NCBI GenBank assembly: GCA_963727255.1
Contig: CAVSFC010000002.1
Location: 256,001-320,000 of the forward strand
DNA from: an uncultured bacterium
Lineage (GTDB): Bacteria > Babelota > Babeliae > Babelales > Vermiphilaceae
Length of the DNA: 64,000 bases
Reading direction: 5' to 3'
Positions within the stretch are counted from its first letter, which is position 1, and each line of letters starts with the position of its first letter. Positions 23,093-32,917 of this stretch are shown here, in pieces. A program made the translations under genes and the position numbers. The notes beneath the pieces are model-generated. The model was not told the DNA's origin. It was given only the letters and a program-made list of their open reading frames with translations, and searched no databases.

Positions 23093-23170
23093 CCGCTCGT
23101 GGTGAGCCTGTCGAACCATTCGAGCGGCAATATTCATGCTCGCACCCTTCGACAAGCTCAGGGCGAGCGG
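23093..23170. repeat. REP-like doublet palindrome
   Basis: CCGCTCGTGGTGAGCCTGTCGAACC...CCCTTCGACAAGCTCAGGGCGAGCGG inverted pair. Confidence 0.85.
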
Positions 23171-23183
23171 ATATTAGGAGTCT

Positions 23184-23843
23184 ATGATCGATTTTACGCT
23201 TATTAAAGAATCGTTGCCTCTTCTTTTGCACGGAGCGCTCGTAAGTATACAAATTGCCGCACTCGGGGCATTAATTGGTATTTTGTTTGGAACTTTGCTC
23301 GGGTTAGCGCAAACCAGCAAGTCTGCCCTTTTGCGCTGGCTCTCAACAATCTATGTTACCATTATTCGTGGCATCCCGATGTTGATTCAAATTCTGGCCG
23401 CATTTTACATTTTACCTCAGTTGGGCATCGTACTCGATGCATTTTGGGTCGCAGTAGTTGCCATTGGATTTAATAGCGCGGCATATGTGAGCCAAATTAT
23501 CAAAGCAGGAATTCGATCAATTGGCAAAGGGCAAATTGAAGCTGGCCGAGTGCTCGGGTTGGGTAATATGCAAATCACGCGTTTTATTATTTTGCCACAA
23601 GCATTTCGCATGGTGATTCCCGCTTTGGGAAATGAGTTTATCACGCTGGTAAAAGATTCAGCGCTCGCTTCAACAATCGGGGTGGTGGAACTCACCAAAG
23701 AAGGAATTTTTATTCGTGGAAGAACATTTGATTCAATTACTGTCTTTTTTGCCGTCGCATGTATGTATCTAATCATAACCACGACGCTTTCAGTAGGTAT
23801 TAACTGGCTTGAAAGAAGGATGAACCAACATGCTCGATATTAA
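23184..23843 (+). CDS. Amino-acid ABC transporter permease (HisM/GlnP family)
   Basis: IRGIPMLIQI, SAAYVSQII, GQIEAG, KDSAL. Confidence 0.9.
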   Translation: MIDFTLIKESLPLLLHGALVSIQIAALGALIGILFGTLLGLAQTSKSALLRWLSTIYVTIIRGIPMLIQILAAFYILPQLGIVLDAFWVAVVAIGFNSAAYVSQIIKAGIRSIGKGQIEAGRVLGLGNMQITRFIILPQAFRMVIPALGNEFITLVKDSALASTIGVVELTKEGIFIRGRTFDSITVFFAVACMYLIITTTLSVGINWLERRMNQHARY

Positions 23844-24543
23844 AAACGTCAGTAAAAGTTTTGGCAATAAAATCATTCTTGATCACGTTTCATTGCAGAT
23901 TGATAAAGGAGAAATTGCAGTGTTGCTCGGCGCTTCGGGCGTAGGCAAATCAACATTATTGCGAGTTCTTAATCATCTTGAAATTCCAGATTCCGGATCA
24001 TTTTATTTAAATGCAAAACCGCTTGATTTAAGTACAGTAAATCAAACACATACGATTGGATTTGTGTTTCAAAATTTCAATTTATTCGATCATTTAACCG
24101 TAGAAGAAAATATCACTCTTGCGCTGGAAAAAGTATCCGGCAAAAGTAAAAACGAAGCCCAGGCTATTGCAAAAAAACTTCTTGAACATTATGGATTAGC
24201 AGATAAAGCACACGTGTACCCAGCAGATTTATCTGGCGGGCAAAAACAACGTTTAGCACTGGCTAGAACTCTCGCTCTTAAGCCCCAAGTGATTTGCTTG
24301 GACGAACCAACTTCAGCGCTCGATCCATTGCTCACCGCCTATGTTGCCACAATTATTCAAGACTTGGCTAAAGAAGGATACATTGTCTTAGTTGCAACGC
24401 ATGATACGAGTTTGCTTGAGCGCTTGCATTGCACAATCTATCTTATGAAAGATGGAAAGATTGTAGAAACAGCTTCATCAAGCGAATTAGCAAAACATCC
24501 AACTTCATATCCTCAGATCAAAAACTTCATCGCAGGGATTTGA
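23830..24543 (+). CDS. Amino-acid ABC transporter ATPase (GlnQ-like)
   Basis: GASGVGKST, LSGGQKQR, DEPTSALDP. Confidence 0.9.
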   Translation: MLDIKNVSKSFGNKIILDHVSLQIDKGEIAVLLGASGVGKSTLLRVLNHLEIPDSGSFYLNAKPLDLSTVNQTHTIGFVFQNFNLFDHLTVEENITLALEKVSGKSKNEAQAIAKKLLEHYGLADKAHVYPADLSGGQKQRLALARTLALKPQVICLDEPTSALDPLLTAYVATIIQDLAKEGYIVLVATHDTSLLERLHCTIYLMKDGKIVETASSSELAKHPTSYPQIKNFIAGI

Positions 24544-24568
24544 TGCTGAAAAATAAAGGAATTAAAAA

Positions 24569-25579
24569 ATGAGGGGTCTTTTTTTAATAGCGCTTAGCAT
24601 CTCTTTCTTCGGTTCTCTTCATTGCATGAAACAAGTAAGATTTAAAGAACCTGAAAGTTCTCACAATGAAGCCAAACTATTTCTATCTGGACTGAGATAT
24701 CTTTGGAAAAATAACCCACAAGAGATTAAAGCGTTTTCTTTACTGGTTGCTGTGGAAGCTTTCGCGCTCGCCAATTGGACTTCGCCAACAGCCTCACTTA
24801 TTGTAAATCTACCCATTGGCTATTTTCTCGTACGAAGTTGGGAACAGGAAGGCAAAACACGCCAACAATTTGAACAAATGTGGAAGAATAGAGATCTTGC
24901 AACCATTACAACAGAAAAAGAGGTCTGCCAAGCAATAAAAAAAGGTGGAGATCCTAACGGGCTCTATGATTGCGGGGATCATCAAGTAATATATCTTCCA
25001 CTCAGCAAAGGCCTGGTCGAGATTGCTGCCCTTCTTTCAGCAAAAGGAGCTGATCTTGAAAAAATCGATAATCACAAGCAAACAGTTTTACTCGCGCTGG
25101 TCTCTGAAGCAAAACAATATGCGAGTGAAAGTCCCGGCATCTTCAAGGGGATTGAATGGCTGCTAAAAAATGGTGCTCGCATAAATGAAAAGAATACGTT
25201 CTATGAAACTGCAGTACATATAGCATGCGGCAAAAAGAATCTCGCACTCCTAGAATTATTAGCAAAATACAAGGCATCATTGGAAGAGCAAGACGCACGA
25301 GGTAATACACCGCTGCACATCTGCGCCCAACGTGCTTTTTGTGAAGGAGCAAAATTTTTACTTTCGCGCAATGTGAACATACATCGAGTTAACAACAATT
25401 TTACCCTGCCAATTGATCTTGCAGCGCAAGCTGATTCAGCAGAAATAGTCTATCATCTTGCCATGCATGGAGCCGCAACGCATGTTACTGATTTTACCAC
25501 AGGCGGCCCTGCAACTGGAAAAATAGCAGAACTGTGTAAAAAGTATCAAGAAACTGAAGATTATTCTTCAAGCAATTAA
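24569..25579 (+). CDS. Secreted/membrane ankyrin-repeat protein
   Basis: Signal peptide; hydrophobic hairpin; ankyrin repeats (GNTPLHICA, TAVHIAC). Confidence 0.85.
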   Translation: MRGLFLIALSISFFGSLHCMKQVRFKEPESSHNEAKLFLSGLRYLWKNNPQEIKAFSLLVAVEAFALANWTSPTASLIVNLPIGYFLVRSWEQEGKTRQQFEQMWKNRDLATITTEKEVCQAIKKGGDPNGLYDCGDHQVIYLPLSKGLVEIAALLSAKGADLEKIDNHKQTVLLALVSEAKQYASESPGIFKGIEWLLKNGARINEKNTFYETAVHIACGKKNLALLELLAKYKASLEEQDARGNTPLHICAQRAFCEGAKFLLSRNVNIHRVNNNFTLPIDLAAQADSAEIVYHLAMHGAATHVTDFTTGGPATGKIAELCKKYQETEDYSSSN

Positions 25580-25593
25580 AAGGGAAAAAACAG

Positions 25594-26568
25594 ATGAAAT
25601 ATTTTTCATTCATATTTATTATACTCAGCGCTGCACCACTGACGCATACCATGACAACCTGGCAGACGATCAAAGAATATGCTTCAGACATAAACTACTG
25701 TTATAAAAACCGTAGCTTTTTCCTTACATCAGTTTGTGGTAGCATCGCGGTCGAAACAACAGTTATAACCTTTGCAGTTTCACCAACTGCCTCACTCATT
25801 ATTAATATTCCCCTCTCAGCACTAGCGGTATGGCTTCTTGCTCTCGAAGGAAAAGAGACAAGAGAACGCCATAGAGAAAAAGCCACCCTAGATCTTTGTT
25901 TTTCTCGCACAATTGCAGAAGCCCAAAAAGCTCTGCAGAGTGGAGCAGTAATAAATAGCATCTGCACTTATCGCTTTGATCCAATAAACCTTCACCTACC
26001 AATCTATCACCTACTCCGCCATGGGAATATATCTATAGCAGAATTTCTCAAAAGCAAAGGCGCAAACATTGCGCAACTCGATGTCGGTCGTAGACCATTA
26101 CTTATGGCACTCATTAAAAAAGTAAACCCTGATAAACATGATACACTTGCCAGTATACAATGGCTTCTCGAGAATGGGGCGAATATCGAAGCGCAAGATG
26201 ATTGCGGAGACGCCGCAGTGCACAGAGCTTGCGGCAAAAAGAATCTTGCCGTGCTTAAGCTATTAGCAGAAAATGGAGCTGATCTTACCAAAAGGAGCCA
26301 TAGGGAAGAAACTCCACTTCATCGTTGCGTTAAAAATAATTTTTTGGAAGGCATAGACTTTTTGCTGTCTAAAAAAGTTGATCCAAATTCTAGAAACCGT
26401 CATTCAAAAACACCTCTACATTATGCCATAGAACAACAATCCGCGGGCACTGTATATCGTTTAGTTGAGCACGGAGCACAACTGTCTCAGGAAGATCCCG
26501 AAACTCAAACGATGCAAGAACTCTATCAAAACCATAAAAATAATATCGCATGCGGGTTCAGTAGTTAG
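25594..26568 (+). CDS. Secreted/membrane ankyrin-repeat protein, paralog of the upstream gene
   Basis: Shares SPTASLI.N.P and ACGKKNLA.L.LLA with the upstream gene; ETPLH and KTPLHYA repeats. Confidence 0.85.
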   Translation: MKYFSFIFIILSAAPLTHTMTTWQTIKEYASDINYCYKNRSFFLTSVCGSIAVETTVITFAVSPTASLIINIPLSALAVWLLALEGKETRERHREKATLDLCFSRTIAEAQKALQSGAVINSICTYRFDPINLHLPIYHLLRHGNISIAEFLKSKGANIAQLDVGRRPLLMALIKKVNPDKHDTLASIQWLLENGANIEAQDDCGDAAVHRACGKKNLAVLKLLAENGADLTKRSHREETPLHRCVKNNFLEGIDFLLSKKVDPNSRNRHSKTPLHYAIEQQSAGTVYRLVEHGAQLSQEDPETQTMQELYQNHKNNIACGFSS

Positions 26569-26600
26569 TTTAGTGATTTTCTTAAATAAATAAGGAGAAT

Positions 26601-27790
26601 ATGGTGAAGCATACAATTTATGCTACGCTTTTTCTCATACATTCCTGCACATATAACGCGATGGAATTGCCTGGCAATACTGGCAGTCGGCCAGAAACAA
26701 TAGAACAGATCCTGAAAAAAATGGCAATGCAAGAAAAGCCCAAGAGCGAGCTTGATAGAATAAAAGAGATCATACAAAAAGATGATGTTAAAAAATTCAA
26801 CATTGCCATGAAAAAGAATTATGATCCCAGCAACTTTATAGACCAAAATATGCTGCTCACCTATGCAATATTGCAAAATGCAAACAAAATTACAAAAACA
26901 ATAATTTGCAAATTTGATGCGGATATAACCAAAGAAAACCGGAACTCAAAGTCGCCCCTAACGTGCGCACTGCTGATGGAGAATTATAAGATCGCTCATA
27001 GATTGCTGGATCATGATTTCCAGAAATCTTTTTATCTTAATGGGCTTTTAGTGGCATGCATTGAAAAAGCGAAATATTTAGAATTCAAAATAAATGAAGA
27101 TATAAAGCGCTCAGGAATCATTCATAATAATCCACCCCCTTATTTAACGGAGCAAATTGAATGGCTTCTTGCGCATGGGGCAAGCCCCGATAGTAAAATA
27201 TGGGATACAAATGCGATTCAACAAGTTGCATATGCACACGACCATTCGAATCGTACCGCGCGTATTTTCCAATTATTATGCGCGTATGGGGCTCAAGTAA
27301 ATTGCCTGAATTAAATGATGAAACCCCTCCTATTCATTATGTTTCAACGAGAGCGGAACACGAAAGCCCCAAATGGCAAATATTGAGCCTTGAATATCTT
27401 ATCTCTGCTGGTGCGGACATTAATACCCGTAATAAATTCAATGAAACACCACTCCATCAAGCAGTTGAGCATAATGAATTGCCCAACACTCCACTTCTTC
27501 GTGGCATGGCAGGAACTGGGGCAGATCTTATAGCGTTCCTCTTATACAAAGGAGCAAATCGAGATCAAAAGGACTGGGAAGGAAGAAAGCCGATTGATCT
27601 TGCCACTCGCCCTGAGATAATAGAAATGCTTAAAGCTCCAAGGCCGACTAGTTTACCCGCTAGTATTGCCAAAATCCTGGCGGAATCACCTGTACTTGCA
27701 ATGCCATTTTCTTGTGGCCGATGCGCAAAAATGCGTTCCTCTTGCAAGCGATGTATGAAAAATGGAAAAAGAAAAGAGAAGCTCATATAA
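26601..27790 (+). CDS. Secreted ankyrin-repeat protein (frameshift near 27300)
   Basis: YNA|MELP signal; ankyrin repeats continue in the 27200-27790 frame (NETPLHQA, GRKPIDLA). Confidence 0.75.
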
Positions 27791-27907
27791 TCATATACAG
27801 GTTTAAATTTACAAATAGAAAACATTCCCAAGATTGATTTTTTATGATACCATAAGAGTACTTAAATAAAAATAGGCTAAAAAAAGGCTTATTTGGAGGC
27901 TTTTTAT

Positions 27908-28420
27908 ATGAATTATAAATCTATTGTTTTATCGGCTATCTTGGTCACAGGACTAATCCCTTCTTGCGCCTTTTCAATGGAAAGGCAATCCGTAAAAGCA
28001 GAATGGCTTTCAAAGGCAAAATTATCTGAAATGGCACAACAAGTTACCAGTTCTGAAGCTTATAATTGGGCCGCAGAGCATAAATTCGCTCTTCTTTTGG
28101 GTACTTCAGCACTTATAACTGCAGGAATCGCTGCTTATAAATATTTATGGAAACAGCCAACTAATGAGCAGATTAAAGAAAATATAAGAAAAAATACTCG
28201 CGAAACTATCATAGCACATGCAAGAAATGCTCGACTCGGAGTTAAAGTAACAGCTGCCGGCTTAGCTCAAAGGTCTTCTCCGCCTGCTAGAACTGACTAT
28301 GCGATAACAATAAAAAGTCTTATCAATAAAGAAAATCAAAATCAAACCTGTCTAAAAGCAAACTATTGGTTTGGTTGCGATAATTCCACTGAACTCACAG
28401 AAATTCTTTTTGAGAATTAA
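27908..28420 (+). CDS. Hypothetical secreted protein with one TM segment
   Basis: GGAGG RBS; AFS|MERQ; TM segment ALLLGTSALITAGIAAY. Confidence 0.7.
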   Translation: MNYKSIVLSAILVTGLIPSCAFSMERQSVKAEWLSKAKLSEMAQQVTSSEAYNWAAEHKFALLLGTSALITAGIAAYKYLWKQPTNEQIKENIRKNTRETIIAHARNARLGVKVTAAGLAQRSSPPARTDYAITIKSLINKENQNQTCLKANYWFGCDNSTELTEILFEN

Positions 28421-28463
28421 GCGAACGCTTAAAAAAAGCTCTTAATGGACCATGGAGGTTCTC

Positions 28464-29246
28464 ATGAATATTACTAAGTTTACCTTATTCTTAGCCCTCA
28501 TAGGGGCCAGTGCCCAAGGTATGGCACCAGGCACCGTTATTGATCCTATCCAGCATACGGGTCAATTTACCGTTTCTATGGCAGAAAGCTCCCTTGCATC
28601 AATGCCATCAGGTATGCCTACGATTACTCAGGTGTCTCAAGCAACCGCAGATATATTCAAAACTAAAGGAATCCCAGTAATTATTTCAACGACTGCTGGA
28701 ATGGTTCCTTGGTGGGCATTAACCACCGGAACCGGTTATTTAATTGTGAGCCAATGTGGTATTTCCGATCCAGCGATTTTGGCTACCATAGCAGCCGGCG
28801 CAAGTTATGCCGCAGGCGAACAAACCAGTTCGTTCATGAAAAAATGCATTACAAATCCTTATTTGCAAAGCGCAACCCATTTGGCAATATGCGCTGCATG
28901 CTTAGGCCTTTCATATACCGGAAGCTCATCAATTATTAATGAGGCTTTATTTGCAACTGCCCAAGCGATTGGCTTGCAAACATTAATTGAAACTTCTGCA
29001 AAATTATTTGCACAAAAACAAACTATTGAAAATACTGCTCCATCAAATTCGTGGTTCTCATTATCGCAAGAAACAAAAGATGGCATAAAAGAAGGGACTA
29101 TTAATACGCTGAGCACAATACTCCCTGTGCTTTGTGTACCAAATTTTTGTGACTCGAATGGAATATTACGAATCTTATTATATGAACAAGCATATCGTTT
29201 AGCGCAATGCGGATGCTTTGCCGCACAACAATTTATACAAAAATAG
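28464..29246 (+). CDS. Hypothetical secreted hydrophobic protein
   Basis: GGAGG RBS; AQG|MAP; several Ala/Gly-rich hydrophobic helices. Confidence 0.7.
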   Translation: MNITKFTLFLALIGASAQGMAPGTVIDPIQHTGQFTVSMAESSLASMPSGMPTITQVSQATADIFKTKGIPVIISTTAGMVPWWALTTGTGYLIVSQCGISDPAILATIAAGASYAAGEQTSSFMKKCITNPYLQSATHLAICAACLGLSYTGSSSIINEALFATAQAIGLQTLIETSAKLFAQKQTIENTAPSNSWFSLSQETKDGIKEGTINTLSTILPVLCVPNFCDSNGILRILLYEQAYRLAQCGCFAAQQFIQK

Positions 29247-29536
29247 AAGATTGAACGGCTTAAAAAGCTGTACAATCATGAGAAATTATTTAAAACAAAA
29301 TTGATACCCATTTTTCTTGACAACTTTTCTGGTGATTGCTAGGATCATGCCAAGCATAAAATTTTTCTTAAAAGAAACTATGTCACCCTAAGGAACATCG
29401 CAAGATGCTCCTTTAAGGGGTTTAACAATGTCCCTAATGAACAGTACATCTTCGTATTGTTCACCCCCCTAACCCTTCAGCTGTTTTAGTTGAAGGGTCT
29501 TTATTTTGAACTTATTCCGTAACGGTTCTTTTCGAT

Positions 29537-29630
29537 GCTTCGACTTCGCTCAGGATGATCGGGAAAAATGCGGGTCGAGAAATGGTAAAGACTCCTCAAC
29601 TCGGCCTTCGGCCTCCTTCGAAGCGAACGG
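29537..29630. repeat. Degenerate composite REP-like element
   Basis: CTTCGACTTCGCTCAGGATGA plus CTCGGCCTTCGGCCTCCTTCGAAGCGAACGG. Confidence 0.65.
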
Positions 29631-29643
29631 GTTAGTCTTTATT

Positions 29644-30207
29644 TTATACATGATACAAATTGAATGTCGCATGAAGAGAAAATGTTCCACTATCAACACG
29701 AACCATTTCACCTTGAGATATATCAATTATCTGTTTTGAATTTTTCATTGCATCAAAAAAAGCAATCATCTGGTCCAATGAGCCCTTAAAATCAGCGCGG
29801 ATGCTCGTCACACAAAGCCCCGCCTCATCCCGCTCCCCGCATAATTTGCACGATCCTACACTCATACCGCAATTCAGCGCACAATCAGCAATCAATGAAA
29901 GGCTCTGCTGCTCATTGCGTTTGCGTATTTTTGTTTCGGAATTGGTTTCACCATTTTGTTTAAGTGCATCGATTGATTGAGCAAGCCCCGCTAAAGTTCT
30001 TTCAGATTTTCGTAGTTCCGCAACCTGCACATTCATTAGTTGCAGTTGTTGCTGCGTTGCATCAGCAGCAATTGAAGCTGGTTGAAACAAAAAGTACCAC
30101 CAAAGCCCTATGCAAAGAATAATACATACCAATGTGGCGCAATATAAGTATAAAACACGAATTTTTAATAACGAGTGATAAAATCCATATGCGCTGAGGA
30201 ATGGCAT
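29644..30207 (-). CDS. PilO/GspM-like inner-membrane assembly protein
   Basis: TM segment (WWYFLFQP), coiled coil, ferredoxin-like C-domain (FKGSLDQMIAFFDAM). Confidence 0.55.
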   Translation of the reverse strand: MPFLSAYGFYHSLLKIRVLYLYCATLVCIILCIGLWWYFLFQPASIAADATQQQLQLMNVQVAELRKSERTLAGLAQSIDALKQNGETNSETKIRKRNEQQSLSLIADCALNCGMSVGSCKLCGERDEAGLCVTSIRADFKGSLDQMIAFFDAMKNSKQIIDISQGEMVRVDSGTFSLHATFNLYHV

Positions 30208-30315
30208 TTGCGAGACTCCTTTTCAAAAAAATCATTTTTATTAGTTTGCTGAAACTTATTTTTTTCAGCAATATTAAGTTTGTAAATGCATAAAAGCCAT
30301 TAAGGAGAATATGAA

Positions 30316-30843
30316 ATGAAATATCTTTTTTTATCATTCTCTCTATTTTCTATAGGTTTGCCCATTCATGCCATGGAACAGGCTCATTCTGCTGAGCAAA
30401 AATTAAAAAAAATGAGTAAATATGAATCACTTCGAATTCCGATAAATAGGAATAATGAAAAAACACGCAAATGGGCCTATTTGTGTCAAATATGTTCATT
30501 GCAAGTAATGGATATTGTCAGGCATATGCGAATTCATACCGATGAACGCCCTTATACATGCTCAAGCTGTCAGCGTAAATTTTTCGAATCAGCTCATTGT
30601 TCCAGTCACATAAATAAAATGCATTTACGAGATACAAGGGCGCAAATTATTGTCTGCCTTACCGATAAAACTCCCTATATGCTCAGATCTAAGAGTCTCC
30701 GCAAAAAACAGAATTTGAAGCACACCCATCAAGAAAGCAGTTCTGGTATATTCACTTATGCTGATGAAAAGTCTGTTTCAATTATCAATGAAAGTTACGA
30801 TTTAGAAACAGTCTTGAGTTCAGAGTTTCCGCTTCCGGAATAA
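30316..30843 (+). CDS. Secreted tandem C2H2 zinc-finger protein
   Basis: IHA|MEQ signal; CQIC...HMRIH, linker TDERPYT, CSSC...HINKMH. Confidence 0.85.
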   Translation: MKYLFLSFSLFSIGLPIHAMEQAHSAEQKLKKMSKYESLRIPINRNNEKTRKWAYLCQICSLQVMDIVRHMRIHTDERPYTCSSCQRKFFESAHCSSHINKMHLRDTRAQIIVCLTDKTPYMLRSKSLRKKQNLKHTHQESSSGIFTYADEKSVSIINESYDLETVLSSEFPLPE

Positions 30844-30857
30844 ATTTCTATAGAATC

Positions 30858-32054
30858 TTAGAAATTTGTCTTGGTCCATTGCATCGGATCAACCTGTATA
30901 TTGTTCACGCGCATTTCCCAATGCAAATGATACCCAGTTGCATAACCGGTTTTTCCCAGAGTTCCAATTGGATTGCCCTTAGCAATCTTCTGGCCAACTT
31001 GAATATCTGCAAAATTATCAAGATGGAAAAACAGTGAAAGAATTCCCCAACCATGATCAATAACCACGGTATTGCCGGTGAACGCATAGCGCTCTTTATG
31101 CACCACAACGCCATCTTGCGGAGCCCAAACCACTGAGCGCGGGGCATTGGCAAGATCTAACCCTTTGTGCGCATATCGCCCTTTTTCTTGCGTGGTACGA
31201 ATGGTCCCAAAATCGCATGTCACGCGTGCAACATCAATTGGTGCGCAGAAAGGGCCGCGCCACAATTTCTCGTGTGGAGAATTTTTAATCAAATCATCCA
31301 CTACGTGTTCAAGTTTTGCAGAATCAAGGCCCAGTGATTTTTCTTCCGCAACTTTATCGGCGCTCACTGTTAAGGTCTGTTTTTTGAACGGGAAGAGAAC
31401 CACTTGATATTTAGTTTCCAAATTAAGCGAATTTCCAACTTTATCGATCATATCTACGCAGAGCAGATATTCATTAGGAGCCTCTTCACATGAAACAGGA
31501 ATATAGCATTCGTAAATGGCAGAATTTTTAGATTCAGGGAAGCAATCAAAGGTTTGGGAAAGGGCTTTTACTTTTGCTTCTTTAATCTCTTTATTTGCTT
31601 GGAATTGCAAATGCAATGTGCGGCCCTGAAAAACTTTATAATCAGCCTCCGATCTGACAAATGCGGCTTGCAAGGGAATATTATCAACAAAAAAGGTTCG
31701 CTCAATCGTTGCTTTATTTTTTGCAAATGAGCTATCAACTAATTCGATCTTAATCGCATGCTTGCCATTGCTAATCGTTTTAGAAGGAATAATAAACGGA
31801 TGCTCATGTTCGCGCAAACTCAAACGATACCCGGTGATCAATGGCTGCCCATCAAGCCATACATATAAATCACCTTTTTTATTACTCGAAACTTTGCAGG
31901 AAATATCGCCCGCATAAAAACCATCATCAGCGATACCATTCATGGTTATTGCCGGCAACGTATTATCAAAAAAATAGCCATAAATCTTGTAGCCGGTCCA
32001 AGAGACTACAAGAAGCGATAATCCAATGACCGCAAAACGGAAACGATAGAGCAT
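30858..32054 (-). CDS. M23 family metallopeptidase, membrane-anchored
   Basis: HKGLD, HLD and GYATGYHLHWE motifs; N-terminal TM. Confidence 0.9.
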   Translation of the reverse strand: MLYRFRFAVIGLSLLVVSWTGYKIYGYFFDNTLPAITMNGIADDGFYAGDISCKVSSNKKGDLYVWLDGQPLITGYRLSLREHEHPFIIPSKTISNGKHAIKIELVDSSFAKNKATIERTFFVDNIPLQAAFVRSEADYKVFQGRTLHLQFQANKEIKEAKVKALSQTFDCFPESKNSAIYECYIPVSCEEAPNEYLLCVDMIDKVGNSLNLETKYQVVLFPFKKQTLTVSADKVAEEKSLGLDSAKLEHVVDDLIKNSPHEKLWRGPFCAPIDVARVTCDFGTIRTTQEKGRYAHKGLDLANAPRSVVWAPQDGVVVHKERYAFTGNTVVIDHGWGILSLFFHLDNFADIQVGQKIAKGNPIGTLGKTGYATGYHLHWEMRVNNIQVDPMQWTKTNF

Positions 32055-32107
32055 AACCAGTCCTTAGAAATTTGTATTAATATTCTGATAGATGAATAGT
32101 TCTTTCA

Positions 32108-32142
32108 TCTAAATATAAATGTTTTTGTTGGTAAGTAAATTC
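32108..32142 (+). repeat. 35-bp direct repeat, left copy
   Basis: TCTAAATATAAATGTTTTTGTTGGTAAGTAAATTC, identical at 34092-34126. Confidence 0.95.
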
Positions 32143-32633
32143 GAAAGCTAATAAACATGATTCAAAACTGCCTGTACCTCATATTGAAAATATTAAAAAG
32201 TAAAAAAATTGAGTAGAGAATATCTTTTTTTAGTGTTGTGGGGATCATTTATGGTTAAGTTCAGCCAACTCATTCAAATTCTTTTCATAATCTTTTAAAT
32301 GCAAAAAAGGCTTTTAAAATGGCGTTTATCTGCCCTATTTTATGTTCAAAGTTTAACGTAAGATCAAAAATATTTTTTCTTCCGATTCATTGATCTAGAA
32401 ATGTTTTGCAAAATCCAAACCTGTGAAGTTTTCTCTTTAACTTTTAATTTTAATTTGGTAGTTTGTACCAAATTAAATGAAGCACTAGGAGATGGTAATA
32501 AGCAGCAAGTTCATTTAAACAACTAAACTCTGAGGGGCTATCCATGATTATCTCATAACTTTTTCTTCTTACAAACAACAAGCATTCGTAAATTTATTTC
32601 TTTTTATTTACTTCATATTATTGAGTTAGGAAC

Positions 32634-32917
32634 ATGAAGAAACTATTATTTCTTACATTGTGCGTATTGCCACTTTCTGCAATGCAAAAATCTAAATATG
32701 AATCATTACAAGAATATTCTCGTGCTGCTCAATAGGCGGGACATTTGGAGGTTCTCTGATTATGTCAGTGGCCGCGGCTCCTTTAGCAGTATATTTACCC
32801 GTAATAGCTGGTGGAGCATTAGCTGGTGTTGGTGCAAAATATATTTATGATGTCGGTATGGAACATCTTTTAACTCCAAAAAAACAAGAACTCGTAGATC
32901 AAACGAAAGGCAAATAA
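32634..32917 (+). CDS. Small secreted glycine-zipper protein (frameshift near 32730)
   Basis: MKKLLFLTLCVLPLSA|MQK..., continues in another frame as IGGTFGGSLIMSVAAAPLAVYLPVIAGGALAGVGAK; TAATG coupling to the next gene. Confidence 0.55.

Noticed and set aside
22926..23252. Short ORFs containing PELVEG/PELAEG (also 5226-5474 and 17977-18192)
   Set aside because: They are translations of the REP-like palindromes, not independent genes
32108..32142. 35-bp repeat as a dif/Xer site
   Set aside because: Only about 5 of 11 bases match the XerD arm TTATGTTAAAT, and there is no 11-6-11 dyad
32143..32630. Possible gene remnant at the left end of the islet
   Set aside because: No ORF of 60 aa or more and no motif recognisable by eye
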